From Nemertoderma westbladi (Eukaryota > Animalia > Xenacoelomorpha), in contig JAUCBJ010001662.1 of assembly GCA_032718475.1 (NCBI GenBank), positions 1 through 45,940 of the forward strand: a DNA stretch of 45,940 bases, in the 5' to 3' direction. The notes beneath the pieces are model-generated. The model saw only the letters and a program-made list of their open reading frames with translations, ran no database searches and had not been told where the DNA came from. Positions 1 to 12,299 of the stretch are shown one piece after another. Each line of letters starts with the position of its first letter. Within the stretch, counting starts at the first letter, position 1. Made by a program: the position numbers and the translations under genes.

Positions 1-1504
1 CCCCCCCCCCCCCCCCTAAAATCTACAAATATTTACGAAAAACGTCTGATTGTTTGTTTGTACGTAGGTATCACTTGTCTGGATCCGACCGAAAAAGAAA
101 TTTTTCGAAAAAGCTGTACTGGGGTGGTTATATTGCAGCACCAAAATTACAAGTAGTGCACAATTTTCACCAAATTTGAAAGTTACATTTTCGGCTAATT
201 ATTTTTCAATACAGGTTTTCTGGGGTGCAAAATACATTGGAAAATATTAAAAAATGATATGATTACTATAAATGGCTGTTTAGTCCTCTCTGCGTAGGAA
301 AAAAATGAAAAAAACAAGTAACCAGCACTTTTCAGTTAGAACACAAAATTTTTAATTCACTTATACGATGCTATAAATTCACATTTTCAGGTTTTCGAGG
401 GCGCTGATTCTAATGGAATACATTTCTAATATGCCAGATCATTGCTACTTGTATTTTTCGGCGTAATTTGGCAAATTTTGGTGCTAGCACCAAATTTCGT
501 ACCCATCACCAAAAAGTACAAGTTTGCGATGTCCAGTGCTGTTTTTATTGATTCCATCGGATTCAGGACCCTCATAAACCCGTATAACGCAAGAAACAAG
601 GTGATACTATCTACTTATCAATTTGCATATTTTCCAAAATTTGGTGCTGGCACAACAATTTTCACCCACCGGCGAAAAATACAAGTTTGAGAACTCTTAT
701 GAAATTTTTACTGATTCCATTGAATTCAGAACCATCACAAACCCGTATAACGCAAGAAACAAGGTGACACAATCAATTGATATATTTGATGGTTTTCAAA
801 ATTTGGTGCTAGCACCACATTTTGCACCCACATCCGAAAAATACAAGTTTGAGATGTCTAGTTCGATAATTATATTTTCCATTGAATTCAGAACTGCCAT
901 AAACCTCTAAAACGCAAGAAATAAATTGTCACAAGCAATTTTATCTATTGAATGGATTTTCAAAATTTCGTGCTAGCACCAAAATTTGCACACAGCACCG
1001 AAAAATACAAGTTTGATACGCTTGGTGCAACTCGTATATATTTCATCGAATCCAGAAACCCAAAAAACCCCAATTGCGTAAAAAACAAGTTTCAAACGAT
1101 CAATTTACAAAATTGACTTATTTCAAAATTTGGTGCTGGCACCAAAATTTGGCACCCACCGAAAAAAACAAGTTTGAAATTTCTAAATCAATTTATATGA
1201 ATTCCATCAAATTTCTAACACCAAAAAACCGGTGTAAATCAAAAATAGAGATGTTACAATTCATATTTAATGAAATGTAATTTTCAAAAAACGTCTCAAA
1301 AAAAGTGCCAAAAGTAGGGTTAAAAAATGGTGCTATAACTCGAAAAGTACCCAATATTTTTGAAAACGGTTTTCACTACTAGGAAGACAATAGATTTTTA
1401 GGAAAAGTCATAAAATTTCAGATTGCCAACTGCGTTTGTTTCAGAATTATACTAAAAAAACCACGGGGGGGGTCATATTGACCCCCCCCCCGGGTTTAAT
1501 AGGG
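1..1504. mobile_element. Non-autonomous piggyBac-type DNA element, right end only (left end not identified)
   Basis: Ends ...CCCGGGTTTAATAGGG followed by TTAA (1505-1508); CCC/GGG termini with a TTAA target are the piggyBac signature. Subterminal GGGGGGGTCATATTGACCCCCCC palindrome. No transposase ORF. Confidence 0.6.
470..1260 (+). repeat. About 163-bp diverged tandem repeat, about 5 copies, inside the DNA element
   Basis: Motif AAATTTGGTGCTRGCACCA...AAAATACAAGTTTG recurs near 474, 637, 798, 961 and 1124. Confidence 0.85.
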
Positions 1505-1771
1505 TTAAACACTTTTTGTACCAGAAACTTTGGCCAAAGTGGATGAGGCACTCGAAACCATGAAGAAATACCCGTGTAAACCAAGGTCAACTCAACTAAA
1601 AATCGAAAACTACTACTAAAACTAAAAATTAAAATTAAAACTAAAAAAACAACTAGGATTCCTTACAGAAAGTAAAACCTGGTGGTTCCTAATTATTTAT
1701 CTAGAATTTTGTAGATTTAGATTTGCTTTGTATTTTATTGACTATATTATTATGGATACTTTATATCTTAC

Positions 1772-1882
1772 TTTCACAAAATCCATCTTTTAGTTCAGTT
1801 CCAGGTTGACATTGACATGAATATGAAGTATCTCCGTGGACGATACAATCTCCAAACCCACACTCAACTCCAGTACATGGAT
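1772..1882 (-). CDS. Host-gene exon encoding an EGF-like domain (not in the ORF track)
   Basis: Minus strand ttttgtag|ATCCATGT...TGTGAAA|gtaag; 111 nt, phase 1-1; translates (D)PCTGVECGFGDCIVHGDTSYSCQCQPGTELKDGFCE with the 6-Cys EGF spacing. Confidence 0.85.
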
Positions 1883-2166
1883 CTACAAAAACAATATAGT
1901 TTATAACTCATTATATCAGGCTGCTTCTAGTGCTGGTGTTTTTTGTTAAAAGCAAAGACCATAATTTACACACACTAGACTTAACCAGACCCCTCCTATT
2001 AGACATCCTTTATAATGAACTAAAGCAGGACTCCATAGTCAGTCACACCCCCCCCCCCCCCCCCCCCCCCCCATATGTGATTGGTTGGTTCTAAGCTTTA
2101 TTAATATTACCTGCTTTGCTTCTCCAATTATATTTTCATATTCATTCATCAATATTTATCACTCAC

Positions 2167-2328
2167 CGCAGCTTCTACAAGCTATTGCTTCCACAATATC
2201 TCCACATTCTTGGCCCCCATTACTTGGTTGTCTAATAATTTCTCGTTGATAAACTGCAAATCCTGAACCACACGGAATTGTGGCATTGCATTCTTGTATT
2301 GTGGTCCGGTTTGATAGAACACAATCAA
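2167..2328 (-). CDS. Host-gene exon encoding a thrombospondin type-1 (spondin-type) repeat
   Basis: ttttttcaaacag|TTGATTGT...AGCTGCG|gtgagt; 162 nt, phase 1-1; VDCVLS...C...CGSG....R.I..QPSNGGQEC...EAIAC. Confidence 0.85.
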
Positions 2329-2519
2329 CTGTTTGAAAAAAATGACACATTAATATTAATAGTGTATGAGTGAGACAGGCATTAAAATAATTTTGTCTCA
2401 TACTCTCATTGCATTGGCTGGTGGAATACTAAAATAATATATTAGTTTCCACCATGATTTCCTGATATATCAGTAGTATTATAAAATGGTAATCAACTAA
2501 AGGAAGGATGACGAATCCC

Positions 2520-2665
2520 AGTATCATAGGTTATGGATAGAGAGTAGCAAAAAAGACATAAGTTAGGAAAGCAAAGGCGTGGGTAGCTCTATCAAAAATG
2601 GATACAACCTGGAATTTAGAACTAAGTTCTTTCGAGCAACAGTGGAAAGTATGCTTTTATACTTT
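2520..2665 (+). mobile_element. Short decayed RTE-group LINE fragment
   Basis: Frameshifted translation WIESSKKDI..RKAKAWVALSKMDT.W..RTKFFRATVESMLLY resembles the post-RT thumb region of RTE LINEs. Confidence 0.5.
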
Positions 2666-3064
2666 TACTACTGACTAAATCACAGCTAGCACAGTAATGA
2701 GAAAACTGTAGCTAGTCTTCTCTGTATACAAGTAGGGGTTACTTAAGTAAGTGATCCGATGACAGTTAATAATAGCACACAAAATGGGGGAATATAAATA
2801 ATAGCAAAAATTAGAAAATTAACAAATTATGGCAACTGGGGGGAAGAAATTCTAGAATCATTAATGAAAGCAACAGACAAAAATTACAAATTTAGGGAAA
2901 ATTGACACTTGGGGGGGTATATTTGTATAAAATATACCGGAAAACGTAATATAGGAGGTAGGCTATCACTGATCGGAACAACTAACATTCTGTTTGACAA
3001 CCCTCTCACTTAAACTGAGCCTTTGTAAGGCCCCACCAGTTGGGTGAGAGCGCGTAGATTCGTG

Positions 3065-5030
3065 ATGGCATAGAAATTAGTAAAGAAGAGAAAGTCGGAG
3101 AAGACTGGGAAAGAGTTGCTAGTGGACTTCACGCAGAGGCATCCGGAGGAGAAGACGAAGGGATACTACAAACTACTCCCAAAGGGTCACAGAGCACACG
3201 TGCTACAGGACCAGTTTAGGGAGATGCACGAGCGACGACTGGTCGGGACCTAAGGGACGCCGTTGTTGGACAACGCGATCCACGAGCATCTTCGTTATGT
3301 TGTGAAGGGAGGCGAGGCGAAGTTCGGGATACCGAAGTATCCGAGGGAACCACTGAGGAAGGAGTGGAGGAGATTTGTAGATTCCGTGGAGAGGGGCGGA
3401 TACATGGTCCTAGATGACGAAGGGACTGTGGAGGATGATGAGGGCTCGAGAAGGGGTCGGGAGGATCAGCTAGAACTATATGGCCGAAGTTAAACTGGTT
3501 GCCTAGGGTGGTGCAGGAGCTAGTGAGACAGAAAACTACGATCAAGGTGGGATCGGCAATCCACGACGACGCTGATAGGATTATTGGACCGGACACCTGC
3601 AATCTCCTGGACATGCAGGTCTATATGGCTATGACAAGACCAGAGGGATTGGCATTGGTGGAGAACACAGGACATTGCGGAGCTGTGGCAATGGGCCAAC
3701 TGATGGGACTCGTCTACCACAAGCAGATGGACTGGAACAAGTTCCGGGAAGAATACGGAGCGGAACTTGCGAACTCGCTGAAGTGGCTAGTGCGACCAGG
3801 AAAGCAGGAAGTGTATCAGTTCTGGAGGGGAGCGATGAAGATATATCAGAAGAGATATATCTTACTGGAGGATTGGATAATGATTGGTTTATTAAACCTA
3901 TTCATTACAGTGATTATAGGGAGGGAGCCGATGGCGTTTCTACTATCAGGAGCACCTCTGAATCACAGGAGAACCTTTAAGGTAGCCATCGAGGGTCTTG
4001 TAGACCATCTGGCGCTGAAGGGCGAGTCGGTATTTTTCGATACCCGACACCTAGTGGCCAGAGAGGTAGACACACCGTACAAGCGATGGAGGAAACTGGA
4101 GGCGGATAGGGTCGAGGAGAAGAGACTAGAGGAGGTCGCAAGGAGAGAAAGAAGGGAGGCAGCGGACAGAGAAGCAGATATAAGGGGAGAGGAGTATGAG
4201 TTTGAAGCTCAAGTCATAGACGAGAGGTGGGGATCGGAGACATCAGACGAATTTGGGCTGGAGGACGAACTGGGTTGGATGGAAGAAACACCGAGACAGT
4301 CAACATCGGGGTTGCAAGGAATACCCATGCCAGCAGGCTCTGAGGGCAACATTGGGAGGAAGAGACCGAGGGAGGTAGAAGGGTGGAAGGCTATGGGCAG
4401 ATACCAGGGTGGAAAGGGACACAGTGGATCAACCAGGCTACCAGGTTCGGATCCACTCCCGGCAGGGGAGGAAGAAGACGAGTTTGGGGCGATGCTGCCG
4501 ATAGAGAGGATTGCGGCCCCAGCAGGGGAAGAGGAGGAGGACGAGTTCGGGGCGATGCCGCCGATAGTAAGGATCGGCCACTCAGATACGGACTGGGTGG
4601 ACGGGAGGGTGTTGATGGACAGCGGGGCGGGGGGAGATCACCAAGAGGAGACTACCAGTCACGTATCAGGAGTTAGTGACAGCGGCATCGTACTGAGGGG
4701 TCATCAACACCAAAAGATACCTAGACAGATGGTCCCAGGAAATAGGATCGAATTCAGGGACTTTCTGGGGGAACACGTGCCGCGCGCGATGAAGATGATC
4801 TTGTGGGACGCTACCAGAGGGAGACAGGAGGGACACTCAGTGGGACCACCTGCGAAGTGATACTGGGAGTTGATAACACCTGTGCCCAAAGAACCAAAAA
4901 CGGGGCTTGGTAAGACGGTATCGGCGAGGATGAGTAGCCTCAAGGATAAACAGGAAGGAAGGAACAGGCAAGATGACGATATGGGCAAGGAACTCAGATG
5001 TTTCCCGAAGTCGGGAGGAGCAAACTAGAA
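3065..5030 (+). pseudogene. Disrupted intronless ORF with WRN/EXD-type DnaQ 3'-5' exonuclease-like motifs, probably from an unclassified mobile element
   Basis: MVLDDEG (ExoI-like DxE), LPRVVQELVRQKTTIKVGSAIHDDADRI (ExoII-like KVG..I..D), LLDMQ, FWRGAMKIYQKRYILLED (ExoIII-like). Strongly purine-rich. In-frame stops, plus a frame change near 3490. Confidence 0.55.
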
Positions 5031-5715
5031 CTCAGGAACAGGGGTGTAAGTGTGCCTGGAAGGCACCACATGAATGCAATAGTACAAACCCCTAAGTGCA
5101 ATTAATTAAGTGCAATTAGTATGTACATACGTAAAATTAATTAATTAATACCCAATATAATCAATATATGTACTATAGTCAAAATACAACGTTTTCCAAC
5201 TAGCTACTGGGATTGGGGACCAATTGACTAGAGTAGGAAGACGAGACATTAGACGGATCTCACTGACATGATGTACACATGCGTGGGACCCGATAAGAGT
5301 GTGGAGAGTGACAATAAATACAGGTTGACTATGGGGAATGGGGGAAGCATGGGGAGAAGGTGCTAGAATTGAGGAAGTGAAAGAAGTCCGAGATTCAAGT
5401 GTGGGGGGCGAGCATAGAGGATGATGAGTCCCAAGGGACTGGTGAGGGAGGAAGGGACAACAAAGTCCGTGAGGAAAATTGTGTGAGGAGTGAGGGCAAT
5501 CATCTAAAACAGAGACGCCAGATACCTTGGTAATGGCATAGCGCGCAGGTGTACCAAGGATGGGTAGTCATAACAGACCCATTGGGGCCGGCCTGGAAAC
5601 GAAAGTTGACCCCGAGAAGAAAATTCCACCCCACATCCAATATTAGATTGGATTCCAGCGGAATTGAAGCACACGTAAGGTTGATGCTATCTTCTCACCG
5701 GGAAGATAGCATGGG

Positions 5716-6986
5716 ATAAATAATTACTCATGACCATAGCAACGGGGATTTCCCTCTTATACACTAATTGATGGTGGAATTTCTCAAAATTTTGTGAAAT
5801 ATGAACACTGAAGTATATAGAAACATCTTATGGACAAAAATTTCAAAATTAATTTATGTTTACTTACTATACTTGCATAGCAACATAGGTTTTCCATAGC
5901 AACCATAAAGTTTTTCATGGTATTCTAAGCAAAAACAAGTTTCCTGCATCATTATAATGCTATACATACATATCAACAGCGGATTTTGCATAGCAACGGT
6001 AAGTTTTTCATAGCAATGACGAATTTACCATAGTAACCTGGAACATATCTTAGCAACGGAGCGTTTTTGACAGCAATAAAAAGTTTTTTTCTTAGAGTGT
6101 TACATATGAGAGGCAATACATCCTTAGCAACAGCGATTTTTGCATAGCTACGAGGAATTTGGCTTTGATTTGGTACATTTTTGCATAACTACGACGAATT
6201 TGGAATTTATTGGAATTTGGTATATTGGTATTGGTATATTGGGCAACGTGGTGTTTATATAGCTAACTATATAGCTTCCAATACTTGACAACGCATCCCT
6301 TCATCAAATTAGAGCTTGAATACCATATTGGTCAAGTATTGGAAAGGTTCAAGGTTGTAATTTATGATAAGTGAATTGCAACATGTGAACGAATAAAGGA
6401 AGGTCCAAAAAACTTTAATAGGTTTATAAATTGTTATCTAGCTATATAAACACCACGTTGCCCAATATACCAATACCAATATACCAAATTCCAATAAATA
6501 CCAAATTCGTCGTAGTTATGCAAAAATCTACCAAATCAAAGCCAAATTCCTCGTAGCTATGCAAAATTCGCTGTTGCTAAGGATATATTGCCTCTCATAT
6601 GTAACATTCTAAGAAAAAAACTTGTTATTGCTGTCAAAAACGCTCCGTTGCTAAGATATGTTCCAGTTTGCTATGGTAAATTCGTCATTGCTATGAAAAA
6701 CTTACCGTTGCTATGCAAAATCCGCCGTTGATATGTAAAGCATTATAATGATGCAGGAAACTTGTTTTTGCTTAGAATACCATGAAAAACCTTATGGTTT
6801 CTATGGAAAACCTATGTTGCTATTCAAGTATAGTAAGTAAACATAAATAAATTTTGAAATTTTTGTCCATAATATGTTTCTATATGCTTCAGTGTTCATA
6901 TTTCACAAAATTTGGAGAAATTCCACCTATCAATTAGTGTATAAGAGGGAAATCTCCCGTTGCTATGGTCATGAGTAATTATTTAT
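5716..6986. mobile_element. Foldback/MITE: about 550-bp inverted arms with a 173-bp spacer
   Basis: 5716-6265 is the near-perfect reverse complement of 6439-6986 (ATAAATAATTACTCATGACCATAGCAACGGG... / ...CCCGTTGCTATGGTCATGAGTAATTATTTAT). Confidence 0.9.
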
Positions 6987-7001
6987 ATTTAAAAAATAGC
7001 T

Positions 7002-9035
7002 ATAAATAATAATAATAAACAAATTTATTTTTGTTATTGCAGGCGCCCTTAGGGGTCAGTGCGATCTTATCAGGGCGCCTGCAGCTAACTACCTAACCTA
7101 ATTAAAACAACATATACCTGTTCCATCAGTCACTTAATTAATAATAATACACTAAACAAACTGGACAAAAATACTAAAAGAGACTAGTTTTTAGTTTGTT
7201 TTTAAAGGTGTCATAGTTAATACCTCCAGTGCAGAATCTCATGTCGCTGGGTAGGGAGTTCCAGACGTGTGCTGCGTTGTAGTAGAAGGCCTTGCGCGCT
7301 TGCTCATTGACCGTATGCGGAACGTTTAGTTTGATTACGTCATTGGAGCGGAGAACACGCGAATCTGTTTGTATGTTTACATCCAGTCTCAGATATAAGG
7401 GAGCGTTCCCCGAGACACACTTGTATGTTACACAGGCTACTTTATAGTCAATTCGGGATTCAATTGGTAGCCAATGTAGTGATCTCAACATTGCTGAAGC
7501 AGAGTTGTAAACATAGCAGCCATTAATCACATTATAACGTGGAACATTAGTGATCAACCGAGCAGCGCTATTCTGCACAGTTTGTAATCGTCTCCGTACA
7601 GTTTTAGCCGATGACTTTAGGATTCCATTCGAATAATCGAGACGACTCGTTATGAAAGAGTGTGTTAAGGTTTCAAGCGAGGATCTGGGTAGATACGATC
7701 GAATTTTGTACAGGGAGCGAAGGTAGTATTTAGTTTTCGCTGCTGTACTCACAATGTGCTCTTTAAATTTTAAATGCGAATCAAAAACTACACCCAGGCA
7801 GGCACTTAACTTGGCTTGAGAAAGGAATTCTAAAACTTCGGAAATTTAAAATTTGGGAATCATCAGGAATCTTCTTGCACTGCTGGGAAGTCCCATAGAC
7901 AATTATATCTGTTTTATCAGGATTAATTCGCAAGTGATTCTTGTCCATCCAACATGCTGCAGTATGTAGTGCCACTGACAATTTATCTTTAATGGTAGAA
8001 AAATCTTGAGGTTTACCAGTTGCAAAGAATTGGGTATCATCAGCATAATTGGATGATTTGGATCCAAGCGGGCCAATACGCCAGAAAAGGTCTGTCATGT
8101 ACGCATTAAATAGGGTAGGACCAAGGATACTGCCCTGTGGAACACCCGTTTCTAGCAGTACCATATCAGACGTACTCCCTTCGATTTTTACTCGCTGGTA
8201 TCTATCATGTAGGTATGATCCCAATAATTTCAATGCAGTCCCAGAGAAACCAAATTCGGTCTCTAACTTAGATAGAAGAGTCACGTGGTTAACGGTGTCA
8301 AAAGCAGCACTTAGGTCTATATATGCACAGATAGTTATATTTTTGTTCTCCATTGCTTTCAGGAACTGACTATGTAAGAAAAGATTCACGGTTTCAGTCG
8401 AGTGATTCTGTCTGTATCCAGACTGGGAGGAGTGAAAGGCAAACTGTTGGTTGGCTCTGAACATAATCGCTTTCTCTATAACCTTTGAGATAAAACTTAG
8501 ATTACTGACTGGCCTGTAGTTATTCAAACATTCAGGATCCAGCGACGGCTTTTTCAGTAATAGCCTCACAACTGCCACTTTCAGAAATCTTTTGAATTCT
8601 CCTTTACACAAGACCTGATTCACGTAATTTGTCAGCGGCCGGATAATAATTGGTAGAACAGACTTGAACAAGGGTGTCGGTAGACAGTCGAGTTCACAAG
8701 ATGCGCTTGACATGTTTTTGATCAGTTTGGACAATTCTGCCTCTGATAGGGGTAAAAATTCCTCAAACTGCTTCTCGTAGAGTTTCGGTAAGTTTCTGCA
8801 GTCGCAATGCATGTCAAAAGATTTTACGATATTGCGAACCTTTCCAACGAAGAAATCAGAGAATTTGATCGCTAGATCTGAGCAGTTTCCCAGGGTTATA
8901 GGTAGTATTGGTGAGTTTGACTTTCCTAATAAGCGTTTGAATTGTTTCCAGAGGGCACGGGGGTTACCGTGGTTTTCCTCTATAAAATCTCTATAATATG
9001 CGCGAGTTGAGTTACGGAGAGCTTTAGCCAGTGAT
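7002..9035 (-). mobile_element. L2/CR1-group LINE, 3' part (RT and C-terminal domain), 5' side interrupted
   Basis: NYRPVSNLSFISKVIE, IDLSAAFDTVNH, GVPQGSILGP, YADD, LHWLPIESRIDYK, WNSLP. Frameshift near 7795. 3' UTR stem TGCAGGCGCCCT/AGGGCGCCTGCA (7038-7049/7072-7083) and an (ATT)n tail near 7003-7018. Confidence 0.9.
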
Positions 9036-9873
9036 AGACCCCAGATATATATTTTGCAAATCAAGAAAATTATTTCCTTCCAAATATGAAAAAATAAGAA
9101 AGCGGAAGTGCCTAAATAATGAAACATACCCGTTGCTATGGTAACTATATTGACTGTTCTAGTGGTCATAGACCTCTACTGTGTAATGAGGAACTAAGCA
9201 TATGATAGCGCATAATATGATCAAAGTTGAAGTAAACTGAACATGTTTTATTCAATATTTTGACCACATTCCAAATGTTATCGGTCACCATGGCAACAGA
9301 GACAAACTTGTATGGTTGGAAAGTAATTGTCTGGACTTGGAAACATGTAATACACTAGATCCAAAATTTAATTTTTTTTAGATAGTTCGAAACTATATTA
9401 AATTTGGCAGAATATATTTAGTGACATGTGACCATGGTTACAGGACTACAACAGGTCCATTTAAATTGGTCCACCACTAGAAATTAAGATGGCCTCAGGG
9501 ATAATATATTATAATGTTAGATGATTTTTCCCAACGGGGAACAATTATTAATCAATGGTTTTATATTTTTCGAATATTTACTGAAAATCGGCGTTTGAAA
9601 TTCATTTTTGAAACAGTTGCCATGGCAACCGGGTTTTACAAATGACGTCAATGGAATCTCTGATGCTGATATATGGGGGGTAGGTCAAGGTTAGAAGACT
9701 GTAGGTTTATTGGAAAGTGGACTCCTGTTGTCATGGTAATATGGGACCGATAAATAATGTTGCAAAGTTGGTTCCCCTTAAAAAATTAAAGGTATGGTAA
9801 TTATCTACTCCGGTGCCAATTATGGGAAGTTTGTCCAGGACGTCCACATTAACTTGCTAAGCAACCTGACTAT
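9035..9873. mobile_element. Unclassified non-coding repeat rich in RFX X-box-like palindromes, truncating the LINE
   Basis: LINE homology stops near 9035. Contains GTTGCTATGGTAAC (9132-9145), GTTGCCATGGCAAC (9616-9629) and three near matches. Boundaries are approximate. Confidence 0.45.
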
Positions 9874-11088
9874 TATTGAATTCTGCTAATGTAACATTAC
9901 CGAGCAGTTCCTTTGGGGATGAAGCCGATCTTGCCACGGAAATCACCGGAATAATATGAAATGCAGTCCACATGTTGGGTGCATACACCAGCATTTCCCT
10001 GCTGCCTAGAAACAGCCACAACATTCTGATTGTTGATCACATCAAAAAAAATGGTCGAACCTACAGTATGTTGTTCCTCAACTCGTTCAGATGTGCAAAT
10101 TCATTCTTGATCAGCACGATCTTGACGGTTTACACTCAAACATATAATGCATAAACTCGTTAAGAATTGTAGACAAATCTGGCATAGATGAAGATTGGTC
10201 TGGAGTTTCGCTCATAGTTTCAGGTTATCCTTGATCAGGCCTACCAGTAGCAGTACTCTCAAAATACTCTGAATCACTTTAACTTTCAGCTCTATGAACT
10301 GCTTTTGTTTTTTCATAGACTGTTGTGCAGCTTTGCTATTTTGCAGGTAGGGTGTAGGCCTATTTCAGTATTTCTGTATTTGACAGTTTGTAGCCCAAAG
10401 TCAGAAATCAGACTAATCTAATAATACCACTTCGCCTCCGCGCAGCGATTCACAAACTCGCAGCGCAATGTTAAGTCTGGCTTGAGATTTCACTGATATA
10501 GAAGCTATATAATATATAAACATAGTAACCAGACTGGCATTAGCAATATAATATCATAATGACTGCATGATTAGTATTACAAGTTTACAATGGCATTATA
10601 ATAATACATATAATACTATACAGTTACTGGTATCTACATACAAGCAGTACTGCCGTCTCTCTGAATTGGCATCACATCCTAATAATCATACAGTAGACGG
10701 ACCTCACAAAAAACATAAAAGATAATTTTTGAAAAATTTAGAAAGTGTACACTTTTGGTGCATGTTTGGTTAGGTGTAGTCAGGATGAAAGTTTAATGTA
10801 ATTTTTCTTGAGTTGCCTTTTTTGGGGCACTTTCTCTATCTACTTTTTAACTACTCAACCGATTTTCGTTCATAATTTTTGAAACAACTTATCGAAAAAC
10901 TGATTTCAGATTCGGAATCTTCATAAAATTTTACATCGGAAAACAAATTAGAAAATAATGTCGAAAAAAGGCGCCTTGGAATTCATTAAGATATGGAATA
11001 ATTAATAGCACCCGGTGGGGCAGTGGGATATGCCATCACTGGAACAAGTTATCGTACCACCATTGGAACATACTACCAATAAACTTAC

Positions 11089-11781
11089 CTATTTTCCTTT
11101 CTTCATCCAATGTTTTACTATAAACCTCTTTCAAGTCCATTACACTTAGAGCACAGCTGTAGTATTGAACATGTGCAACATATCCGTTTTGCATCTGGCC
11201 AATGATGAAAGGGAAGTTCGCATCTCGAAACGAACGGCCATAATTCTTAAAAGTTTCATGCCATGATTTTGGTGTCGCTTCTGTGACATTGGTATCCACT
11301 TCTTGTAAGAATAACAGGCCTTCTTTTAATATGTTATCTATTGATACAGCTACCATATACCAGGTGTTACGAAGCCGTGTTACGGACCGCACAGGTACAG
11401 GAATGCGTCCCCCATTATTTTTATCCAAATAGTACATATGATTACTAGGATGATTAAACATAAGTGTAGCACCTGTCTTTACAATATCGCGATGTTGATA
11501 CCCAAACACAATATCACCTAGCCTTGTTTCGCCAACTGTTGTGTCATCTATACCTGTATTTTTTACAAAAGCCACTATTGTGAACGTCTCAGTGGATAAT
11601 TCATGTCGATGTTCAATTGAAATGTAAGACCCATTGAAAAATGTTGCCTGATTGACGACTCCAGCTGGGCCTGTACCATACTCAACGTTTCCTCTAATTG
11701 TGCCATGGAGGTTTCCACCCGTGTCTCTGGCTCCGTGTTGCTTACTCAAAGGCCAGTATGATTCGTATTGGCAACCATCAG
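11089..11781 (-). CDS. Host-gene exon encoding a LamG/concanavalin-A-like domain
   Basis: ttgtttcag|CTGATGG...AAATAG|gtaagt; 693 nt, phase 1-1; YWPL...GNV.Y..GP.G..NQA..FNGSYI...FTIVAF...WYMVAV...GYVAHVQYY..AL. Confidence 0.88.
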
Positions 11782-12299
11782 CTGAAACAATTAACAATAA
11801 TGATAACTTTTACATAAGTAAAGTAAGCAAAAAAAATTAATAGTAAAGTGTTGTATGTTCGTGTTCGTTGTCTTTAATTAGTAATCAACAATGTTAATTC
11901 GCTAAGGTGTATAAATCAATATTTCGTCTGTCGTTTGTAATTGTAATGAAAATTCTTGAAATATATTATATTCATTTCGCATAATTTAATTATTTATAAT
12001 TTTTTTAATTTAAATCGTATAATTTCTTTTCCACACAATTTCTTTTCCACACATCAAATTTTGCACTTTTAGATAAAATTTAATAGAAGAAATTTAACAT
12101 TTCAGGTGAATATCAAATATAAAAGGATCTTCACTGGAATTTTTTGAGAAGCAACAGATGTTGCCAGTAGCAGATGCTAGAAGTATTGACAACAAGATAA
12201 TATTGGTATTGAAATAATAATATATAATAATATAATATGGTATTGAAAACAATTAAAATGATATTAACTGAGTTGACAGTCTATTGTAGCATGTAGCTT

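Noticed and set aside
442-1280. Short ORFs in the 163-bp repeat array; possible CRISPR-like array
   Set aside because: The units are homologous along their whole length with no unique spacers, and the context is eukaryotic.
9880-10215. Possible LINE ORF1 start (MSETPDQ...ILNEFMHYMF) on the minus strand
   Set aside because: Short, stop-ridden and without a diagnostic motif.
10640-10678. Possible mini-exon (GCDANSERRQYC) of the host gene
   Set aside because: Weak acceptor, and the apparent donor gives a phase incompatible with the phase-1 neighbours.
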